NCBI GenBank assembly: GCA_039794845.1 | Contig: JAUQVK010000110.1 | Span: 1 to 14,294, forward strand | DNA: 14,294 nucleotides | Reading direction: 5' to 3' | From: Thermostichus sp. DRC_bins_24 | Lineage (GTDB): Bacteria > Cyanobacteriota > Cyanobacteriia > Thermostichales > Thermostichaceae | Part shown: positions 7,770 through 14,294 of the stretch, piece after piece | Numbering within the stretch: position 1 is the stretch's first letter | Layout of the letters: each line of letters opens with the position of its first letter | Notes under the pieces: generated by a model | Told to the model about the DNA's origin: nothing | The model's database searches: none | The model's input: the letters and a program-made list of their open reading frames with translations, nothing else | Made by a program: the position numbers and the translations under genes

Positions 7770-8498
7770 TTACAGGCGGAACTTCTCCCCTAGGTAGTAT
7801 TTGCGCACCAAGGGATCCGCCGCCAACTCAACCGAAGTACCTTTGGCCAGAATCGCCCCATCGTTGAGGATATAGGCGCGATCGGTGATCTCCAGCGTCT
7901 CCCGCACATTGTGGTCGGTGATCAACACGCCAATCCCCCGGTGCTTCAGCTTGGCCACCACCTCCTGAATATCCGCCACCGCAATCGGATCGACCCCTGC
8001 AAACGGCTCATCCAGCAGCAAAAATTTCGGCCCTTGGATCCCGGCGGCAAGGGCACGGGCAATCTCAGCTCGGCGACGTTCCCCCCCCGATACTTGCAAA
8101 CCGAGGCTGCGGGCAACATGGGTGATGCGAAACTCCTCCAGCAGTTGATTCAAGCGTTGCTGCCAGAGGCGGCGGGGCACCCCCGTTTGCTCCATGATCA
8201 GCAGGAGGTTGTCTTGAATGCTGAGACGACGAAAAATGCTCGGCTCCTGAGCCAGATAGCCAATGCCCAGTTGGGCACGGCGGTGCATGGGCAGGTTGGT
8301 GATATCCCGATCGTCCAGCCAGACATGGCCCCGATTCGGCTGGATCAAGCCCGTCATGATGTAGAAGGTGGTGGTTTTCCCCGCCCCGTTGGGCCCAAGC
8401 AGACCGACGATCTCCCCCTGCTGAATGTTCAGGCTGACATCGCTCACCACTTCACGGCGACCATAACGCTTACAGATGTTTTCCAGGTAAATCTGCAT
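7770..8498 (-). CDS. lptB: LPS export ABC transporter ATP-binding protein
   Basis: Walker [66 protein letters not shown]; 242 aa from ATG 8498. Confidence 0.97.
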   Translation of the reverse strand: MQIYLENICKRYGRREVVSDVSLNIQQGEIVGLLGPNGAGKTTTFYIMTGLIQPNRGHVWLDDRDITNLPMHRRAQLGIGYLAQEPSIFRRLSIQDNLLLIMEQTGVPRRLWQQRLNQLLEEFRITHVARSLGLQVSGGERRRAEIARALAAGIQGPKFLLLDEPFAGVDPIAVADIQEVVAKLKHRGIGVLITDHNVRETLEITDRAYILNDGAILAKGTSVELAADPLVRKYYLGEKFRL

Positions 8499-8758
8499 AG
8501 GCTGGCAGGGGGTTTTACCGATTCTAAAGGGTGCTTCCTCCCAACTCAGGAGAAGGTACACCCGAGCCTGGGGCACGAAGGGATCCCAAGCACCAAAGCA
8601 CACCCGTTTCTCTCCTGAAGATGCCCCAAACCCCGCCCACAAACCAGGGGGATCCGAGCAGAATTGGCCACCTTCAAGCTGACCCCGAGAATCTTGGCTA
8701 TCATCGCTTCGGACTGCAACCGCTCACACCCCCCCAGGATGGGATCGTTGGTCTTCCC

Positions 8759-9112
8759 ATGCTCCGTTGCCCGGCCTGCTACTGGATCAACCTCGACTCC
8801 GATTACCACTGTCGCCGTTGTGGATACTTTTTGCGCCAGCGCCCACTCCCCTATTCTGTAAAGAAGGGAAAGAAGGGCTCCTTTATCCAAGCCAAGCCCG
8901 TCCAGAGACGCAAAAAACTTACCCAAGCATGGTGGCAAATCCACTGGGATCGCGTCCTGACTTCGGTGGCAATCCTGGGGGTTCTGGTGGGATTGGGGCA
9001 ACTGTCTTGGTATTGGATACAACCCATGCTGCAGGATCCCCCCCTTCCGAATTTCGGCGTTGATGCAGAAGCGCCGAGCCGACAAGACAACGAACGCCAA
9101 CGCACCTTCTGA
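8759..9112 (+). CDS. Zinc-ribbon domain membrane protein (hypothetical), 117 aa
   Basis: CPAC-x10-CRRC directly after ATG 8759, Lys/Arg-rich linker, one TM helix (VLTSVAILGVLVGLGQLSWYWI). Confidence 0.75.
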   Translation: MLRCPACYWINLDSDYHCRRCGYFLRQRPLPYSVKKGKKGSFIQAKPVQRRKKLTQAWWQIHWDRVLTSVAILGVLVGLGQLSWYWIQPMLQDPPLPNFGVDAEAPSRQDNERQRTF

Positions 9113-9257
9113 GAGCGAATCTGTTAGATTGAGCCGGACAAAAAGGTTCAAGGGTGGTCGAAGCCAGTAGATGCCACTATCATATGACCAACGCAGAAGA
9201 ACTCCGGTCTGCTGCAACCTCACATTGTTAACGTTGAAACTGTAGGGCTTGGCAACT

Positions 9258-9743
9258 ATGAATCTGAAAGTTCCCGCCATTTTGGCACTGCTTACCACGG
9301 CAGCTGTGGCCTCTACTGCAGCAGCCACAACTTACAACTCCTGCTTCATGCGCTATCTGGTGGCTTCCAAAACCTGTGTCAACTGCCGCATGGGATCCAT
9401 CGAGTTGAACGATCTGGATTTGTCCGAGGCCAATTTCAGCGGTTCCGACTTAATTGAGGCCAATTTCGAGCGCACTACTCTAACTGGCGCCGATCTCAGC
9501 CAATCCTACTTGGTGGGGGCCAACCTGCGTCAGGCCAAATTGGGGGAAGCCAACCTGAGTGGTGCTTACCTGGAGGGGGCGGATTTACGCGGGGCAGATT
9601 TGCGTGGGGCGGATCTGTCTTCTGCCTCTTTGTACGGAGCTGACCTGCGTGGAGCGGACCTGCGCGGCGCCAACTTGATCGGGGCCGACCTGCGTTTTAC
9701 CCGCACCTGGGGTGCCCGCATGCAGGGTGCTGTGACCCAGTAG
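9258..9743 (+). CDS. Exported/lumenal pentapeptide-repeat protein
   Basis: Signal peptide, TCVNC cap motif, then tandem A(D/N)Lxx pentapeptides (ADLRG repeats), visible as 15-nt DNA periodicity around 9540-9695. Confidence 0.93.
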   Translation: MNLKVPAILALLTTAAVASTAAATTYNSCFMRYLVASKTCVNCRMGSIELNDLDLSEANFSGSDLIEANFERTTLTGADLSQSYLVGANLRQAKLGEANLSGAYLEGADLRGADLRGADLSSASLYGADLRGADLRGANLIGADLRFTRTWGARMQGAVTQ

Positions 9744-9800
9744 GATTGCCCGCCGAGCAACGGTCGAATGCCGTTCAGGTCATCAACATCAAATCCTCTC

Positions 9801-9830
9801 GGGATCCTCAAACGGGGATCCTTCTTTTGT
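9801..9830 (+). terminator. Rho-independent terminator downstream of the pentapeptide-repeat gene
   Basis: GGGATCCTC-AAAC-GGGGATCCT 9-bp stem followed by TCTTTTGT; lies between the convergent CDS and tRNA. Confidence 0.6.
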
Positions 9831-9860
9831 CGCTTTCTGCAGATCACCCAATCCAACCGA

Positions 9861-9941
9861 TGCGGATGGCGAGACTCGAACTCGCAAGGATAAACCACAC
9901 GCCCCTCAAACGTGCGCGTATACCAATTCCGCCACATCCGC
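9861..9941 (-). tRNA. trnL: tRNA-Leu(GAG)
   Basis: Reverse complement GCGGATGTGGCGGAATTGGTATACGCGCACGTTTGAGGGGCGTGTGGTTTATCCTTGCGAGTTCGAGTCTCGCCATCCGCA: acceptor GCGGATG/CATCCGC, anticodon loop TT-GAG-GG, extended variable arm, GTTCGAG T-loop; CCA not encoded. Confidence 0.97.
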
Positions 9942-9955
9942 TTCTGAGCTTAATC

Positions 9956-9985
9956 ATCATAGCGGCAGATCTGCTCGGGTGTTAA
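9956..9985 (-). promoter_or_regulatory. Putative sigma70-type promoter of tRNA-Leu
   Basis: Minus strand TTAACA (9985-9980), 18-bp spacer, TATGAT (9961-9956), 14 bp upstream of the tRNA 5' end. Confidence 0.55.
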
Positions 9986-10027
9986 GGGAAGTCCCAACTT
10001 TGCAACAGAAAAGCCGGAGGGCAACGG

Positions 10028-10972
10028 TTAACCTTCTGTCCAAAAGCGCTCAGACAGGTACTTATCCGCCCCATCGCAGAAAATCGTTACCACCACTCCT
10101 GCCGAGAGCTGACGCGCCACCTGCAAAGCCGCCACCACATTCGCACCGGCAGAGATCCCCACCAACAAGCCCTCCTCCAAGGCCAGGCGTTTTACCATTT
10201 TCTGGGCTGCTTCCGTTGAGATCTCCAATTGCCGATCCGGCAGAGTGGGATCGTAAATCTCCGGTTTCAGGGCCGTGGCCATGTGCTTCAGCCCCTCCAA
10301 TCCGTGAAAGGGCGAGTCCGGCTGCATGGCAATAATTTGAATGTCTGGGCGGTAGTCTCGCAAACGACGGCCCACCCCCATGCAGGTACCGCTGGTGCCG
10401 AGTCCGGTGACGAAATGGGTCACCTGCCCTTGGGTTTGTTCCCAAATTTCTACCCCCGTGCCCTGGTAATGGGCCTGCCAGTTGGCGGGGTTGCTGTACT
10501 GATCGGGGTAAAAGTAGAGATCTGGATCCTCGGCATACAGGGCCCGCGCCTTTTCAATCGCCCCATCCGAACCAAGGGCGGGATCCGTCAAGACCAAATC
10601 CACGCCGTAAGCGGTGAGGATCTTTTTGCGTTCTGGGCTGGCGTTGGCCGGTAGGGCCAGCTTGACTTTGTACCCCAAGGCCGCTCCAATCCAGGCATAG
10701 GCAATACCGGTGTTGCCGCTGGTGGCATCCAGAATGATCTTGCCGGGGGTGAGTTTGCCCTGACGTTCGCCGGTTTGGATCATATTCAGGGCAGGGCGAT
10801 CCTTCACCGATCCCCCAGGGTTATACCATTCCGCTTTGGCATAAAGACGCACCGTCTCGGGCAGATCAGCCGTGACCCGCCGCAGCCGAATCAAGGGGGT
10901 TTGGCCCACCAGCTCAATCGGACTATCCACGGCAGGGATCAGCAGGCGGGAACGGGATTCAATTGGGTACAA
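10028..10972 (-). CDS. PLP-dependent cysteine synthase family protein (CysK/CysM-like)
   Basis: VGQTPLIRL, KAEWYNPGGSVKDR (PLP Lys), DATSGNTGIA, DQYSNPAN, GLGTSGT, GISAGAN, DGADKYLS. TTG 10972 preceded by GGGAGGGAG. Confidence 0.93.
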   Translation of the reverse strand: MYPIESRSRLLIPAVDSPIELVGQTPLIRLRRVTADLPETVRLYAKAEWYNPGGSVKDRPALNMIQTGERQGKLTPGKIILDATSGNTGIAYAWIGAALGYKVKLALPANASPERKKILTAYGVDLVLTDPALGSDGAIEKARALYAEDPDLYFYPDQYSNPANWQAHYQGTGVEIWEQTQGQVTHFVTGLGTSGTCMGVGRRLRDYRPDIQIIAMQPDSPFHGLEGLKHMATALKPEIYDPTLPDRQLEISTEAAQKMVKRLALEEGLLVGISAGANVVAALQVARQLSAGVVVTIFCDGADKYLSERFWTEG

Positions 10973-11291
10973 GTGGGCTCCCTCCCTAGAAGAAAAGCAG
11001 AGCGCTGCAGGTCTTCGACAACCCTTGCTCATCTTATCCCGGTCTTTCTTGCAAGTTAGCCAATGCAGATTGTTCCGGCGTCGTGCCCAACGGGACGGAG
11101 TCCTTCATCTACCTTGCCCCCTATCGCCGGTGCAGTCGGAAAGGGCTGTAAGGGCTTTTCTCACCCCTAACGGATTTCCCCGGTAGCCTCTAAGATTAAG
11201 GGTAGGGCACCTCATTCTCCTCCGGAGGAGGGGAAGAGTTATCGTGATTTGCCTACGGCACCTGGGTGGGAACCGCGCAAGTCGGAGGGTC

Positions 11292-12431
11292 ATGGCAGAA
11301 ATTGGCATTGTTACCGCTCAAAACTTCGATCGGCGGCGGGGTCAAATTCATGTCTACGATGGCGAGGGCAAAGGCAAGTCTCAAGCGGCTCTAGGAGTTG
11401 TGCTGCGTTCCATTGGCTTAGGCATTGAAAACGCTGCCCCCAGCCGTGTGTTGTTGGTGCGTTTCCTGAAAGGGCCAGGCCGTCCTTATGCAGAAGATGC
11501 TGCCATTGCTGCGCTGCAGCGGGGTTTCCCTCATTTGATCGACCAGTTGCGTACCGGACGGGGGGAGTTTTTCGGGCCAGAAGACATTACCAAGTTCGAC
11601 CGGCAGGAGGCTCGCCGCGGCTGGGATGTGGCCAAAGGGGCTCTGGCCTCTGGGTTTTACTCGGTGGTGGTATTGGATGAGCTGAACCCGGTGCTGGATC
11701 TGGGGCTGTTGCCTGTGGAAGAAGTTGTGAGCACCCTGCGGCAAAAGCCCGAACCGATGGAGGTGATCATCACCGGTCGCGGTGCCCCCAAGGAGATCAT
11801 CGATCTGGCGGACTTGCACTCGGAAATGCGCAGTATGCGCCAAGCGGAAGGGGGGAACCGCCAAAATGGCCAGTTCCATTCCAGCGGCATTGAGATTTAT
11901 ACCGGCGCGGGCAAGGGCAAATCCACCAGTGCCTTGGGGCGAGCCCTGCAGGCCATTGGGCGCGGCATCAGCAAAGATCTCTCCCATCGCGTGTTGATTA
12001 TGCAGTGGCTGAAGGGGGGAACGGGCTACACCGAGGATGCGGCGATTCGTGCTTTGCGAGAAAGCTACCCCGACTTGGTGGATCACCAGCGCTGTGGTCG
12101 GGATGCGATTGTCTGGCGGGGCAAACAGCAAGAGATCGACTACGTGGAGGCGGAACGCGGTTGGGAACTGGCTCGGGCAGCCATGGCCTCAGGGCTTTAC
12201 AAAACGATCATCATGGACGAGCTGAACCCGACGGTGGATCTGGAGCTATTGGATGTGGATCCGATCGTGCAGGCGCTCTTGCGTAAACCCCGCGATACCG
12301 AAATCATCATCACAGGCCGTTGCCATGCCCCACTACCCTACTTTGAGCTGGCCTCTGTGCATTCGGAAATGGTGAGTCACAAGCACTATGCCGAGCAGGG
12401 GGCAGACCTGCGGCGGGGCGTCGATTATTAG
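11292..12431 (+). CDS. cobO: Cob(I)yrinic acid a,c-diamide adenosyltransferase (CobO/BtuR), cyanobacterial tandem two-domain form
   Basis: Two copies of the CobA/BtuR domain: IHVYDGEGKGKS..LDELNP..EVIITGR and IEIYTGAGKGKS..MDELNP..EIIITGR; ends RRGVDY. ATG 11292 with GGAGG at 11284-11288. Confidence 0.93.
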   Translation: MAEIGIVTAQNFDRRRGQIHVYDGEGKGKSQAALGVVLRSIGLGIENAAPSRVLLVRFLKGPGRPYAEDAAIAALQRGFPHLIDQLRTGRGEFFGPEDITKFDRQEARRGWDVAKGALASGFYSVVVLDELNPVLDLGLLPVEEVVSTLRQKPEPMEVIITGRGAPKEIIDLADLHSEMRSMRQAEGGNRQNGQFHSSGIEIYTGAGKGKSTSALGRALQAIGRGISKDLSHRVLIMQWLKGGTGYTEDAAIRALRESYPDLVDHQRCGRDAIVWRGKQQEIDYVEAERGWELARAAMASGLYKTIIMDELNPTVDLELLDVDPIVQALLRKPRDTEIIITGRCHAPLPYFELASVHSEMVSHKHYAEQGADLRRGVDY

Positions 12432-12577
12432 TAGGGGCTTGGCGAAGGGGCTGCCATGACCCATTACCCCAATGATCTTTGCCCCTTTGTCCGCTCTCCT
12501 TGAACACAGTAAGGGATCCCTCTCCTGCTAGCCTGGGGAGGTGCCAATGTATTCCTTTTTCTCGCGCGACGGCAAAG

Positions 12578-14294
12578 ATGGAATCTCAAAACTCGCAATT
12601 TAACTTCGACCGTAAGCTCTGGAATCGCTTTATCACCGTTGCCCAGCCCTATTTCTATCCGGTGGTACGGTATGGCGGCTGGATCTTCTTGGGTTTGCTG
12701 GCGGCGGCCATGGTGTTTGTGGTCGCCTTGATGTTCTTTGTGGAGATTGGGGTGACCTTGGTGGGGCAAGCCCTCTTCCCAGAGTTTTTCACCAATTTGG
12801 CGGCGGGATTGGTGGCCCAAACGGAAAGGAATCTAGCTTCCCCGGTGTTTTGGGTGGCGGCTGTAAGCCTGGCACTGAGTAGCCTTTGCTTCGTGGCGGT
12901 GTGGCGACAGATTTACCAACGTTGGGTGCAGTGGGTGTTGCTCACCTTTTTGCTATTCCTCTCCCTGACGGTGAACCGCCTGAATGTGATGATCAGTTTC
13001 ATCTTTCGGTTTATCGATACAGCCCTGCAGCAGAAAGAGGAGTCTACTTTCTGGCAGTTTTTGATCATTTACGGGGTCTTGATTATCTCCGCCATCCCGA
13101 TTTTGGTGATCTATCGATATAGTCGCCTGAAACTGGGCCTGTTTTGGCGGGAGTGGTTGACCCGATACTTCTTGGATCGTTACTTTGACCAACGGGCTTA
13201 CTATGAATTGGATTCCAACGCTGCCAATACCGAGATCGATAACCCCGACCAGCGCATGTCGGAGGATGTGCGCTCCTTCACAGGTACAACCCTTTCGTTT
13301 TTGTTGGATATTCTCGATTCCATTCTTACTCTCTATGCCTTTACGGGCATTCTCTACGGCATCTCTCGTCCCCTGGCGCTGGGGTTGGTGGTTTATGCCA
13401 CCATCGGTACAGCCATCGCCATTTTGGCCGGTCGCAAGCTAATCAAGGTTAACTTCGATCAACTGCGTTATGAAGCCAATTTTCGCTACAGCTTGGTGCA
13501 TGTGCGTGACAATGCCGAATCCATTGCTTTTTATCAGGGAGAAGGCCAAGAGCTACGACAGATTCTAGAGCGATTTGGAGCAGCTCTACGCAATTTTAAT
13601 TTGCTGATTATTTGGCAGGCCGTTATCGATATCTTCCAGTATGCCTACAACTATTTCACCCGTATTGTGCCCTATGTGATCGTAGCTCCTCTCTACTTCA
13701 GCGGGGTGCGAGACTTCGGTACCATTACCCAGGCCACCATTGCCTTCAGCCAAGTTTTGAGTGCTCTATCCATTGTAGCCAACCAGATTCAGAGCATCTC
13801 CAGCTTCGCCGCCGGGATCAACCGTCTGGGTTCCTTTCACGAGTCGCTGGGGGATCCCACCCTGCGGTACACCCGCGAGCGGGAGAGCAACATCCAAACT
13901 CGCATCGCCCATCAGTTGGTGCTGAACCAAGTGACCTTGCGCACCCCCAATTCCGAACGAACCTTGGTGCGGGATCTCTCCTTTGTCTTGGAGTCTGGGC
14001 AACGGCTGCTGATCGTCGGGGTGAGTGGAAGTGGCAAAAGTTCTCTGCTGCGGGCCATCGCAGGGTTGTGGACCAATGGCAAGGGATCCATTGCCCGACC
14101 GGACACGGAGGAGATGCTTTTCTTGCCCCAGAAACCCTACATGTTGCTGGGATCCCTGCGGGATCAACTGCTTTATCCCATGCGGCGTAAGGATGTGACG
14201 GATGAGGAGCTGATCCGGGTGCTGAACCAGGTAAACCTTGCGGAATTGCCGGAGCGCGTGGAAGGGTTTGATGCCGAAAAAGACTGGGCCAACA
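12578..14294 (+). CDS. Fused ABC transporter permease/ATP-binding protein, ABCD/YddA/BacA-like; truncated at window end
   Basis: Manual translation (absent from the ORF track, no stop seen in window): MESQNSQFNFDRKLWNRFITVAQPYFYP..., IDNPDQRMSEDV, EAA-like EANFRYSLVHVRDNAESIAFYQGE, Walker A GVSGSGKSS, FLPQKPYMLLGSLRDQLLYP. Confidence 0.93.
   Translation, partial: MESQNSQFNFDRKLWNRFITVAQPYFYPVVRYGGWIFLGLLAAAMVFVVALMFFVEIGVTLVGQALFPEFFTNLAAGLVAQTERNLASPVFWVAAVSLALSSLCFVAVWRQIYQRWVQWVLLTFLLFLSLTVNRLNVMISFIFRFIDTALQQKEESTFWQFLIIYGVLIISAIPILVIYRYSRLKLGLFWREWLTRYFLDRYFDQRAYYELDSNAANTEIDNPDQRMSEDVRSFTGTTLSFLLDILDSILTLYAFTGILYGISRPLALGLVVYATIGTAIAILAGRKLIKVNFDQLRYEANFRYSLVHVRDNAESIAFYQGEGQELRQILERFGAALRNFNLLIIWQAVIDIFQYAYNYFTRIVPYVIVAPLYFSGVRDFGTITQATIAFSQVLSALSIVANQIQSISSFAAGINRLGSFHESLGDPTLRYTRERESNIQTRIAHQLVLNQVTLRTPNSERTLVRDLSFVLESGQRLLIVGVSGSGKSSLLRAIAGLWTNGKGSIARPDTEEMLFLPQKPYMLLGSLRDQLLYPMRRKDVTDEELIRVLNQVNLAELPERVEGFDAEKDWAN

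Larger units (their letters stand above)
63..14156. repeat. Dispersed highly iterated palindrome GGGATCCC (HIP1 analogue)
   Basis: Exact copies start at 63, 852, 1665, 2397, 4018, 4580, 5045, 5112, 6261, 7003, 7213, 7542, 8580, 12513, 13851 and 14149, plus many 7/8 matches. Confidence 0.9.

Noticed and set aside
7084..8618. Long plus-strand ORFs 7084-7737 and 7911-8618 (likewise 173-649, 651-1244, 2449-3057, 11418-12131)
   Set aside because: Shadow or alternative-frame ORFs of well-supported genes, expected in GC-rich DNA.
8546..9328. 260-aa minus-strand ORF
   Set aside because: Antisense to the zinc-ribbon and pentapeptide genes, no domain signature, and not LptA/LptC-like.
9540..9695. Periodic DNA repeats as a CRISPR array or VNTR
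   Set aside because: The 15-nt periodicity is degenerate at synonymous positions and encodes pentapeptide repeats; there are no spacers or cas genes.
9744..9941. tRNA-Leu as the integration site of a genomic island
   Set aside because: No integrase, no duplicated tRNA 3' end noticed, and HIP sites and ordinary genes continue on both sides.
10973..11190. SAM or cobalamin riboswitch between cysteine synthase and cobO
   Set aside because: I could not find the SAM-I core or the B12-box motifs on either strand.

Overview
A GC-rich cyanobacterial chromosomal segment, mostly housekeeping. The gene content and at least 16 copies of the palindrome GGGATCCC (no GCGATCGC spotted) suggest a hot-spring Thermostichus/Synechococcus OS-A/OS-B'-type genome (inference). 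Left to right: PQQ-dependent aldose dehydrogenase (+), secreted hypothetical protein (-), TPR protein (-), upp (+), a probable 6S RNA (+), a HAD-IIB/MPGP-like protein lacking key catalytic aspartates that overlaps a secreted TPR gene (+), an unannotated 48-aa single-TM protein (-), lptF/G and lptB (-), a zinc-ribbon membrane protein (+), a pentapeptide-repeat protein (+), tRNA-Leu(GAG) (-), cysteine synthase (-), a two-domain cobO/btuR (+), and a truncated ABCD/YddA-type fused ABC transporter (+). No mobile element or CRISPR array was seen. The best leads are the 6S RNA - pseudo-phosphatase - TPR cluster, the small membrane protein behind lptB-lptF/G, and the structured leader of cobO next to a possible B12-type transporter with an overlapping uORF.
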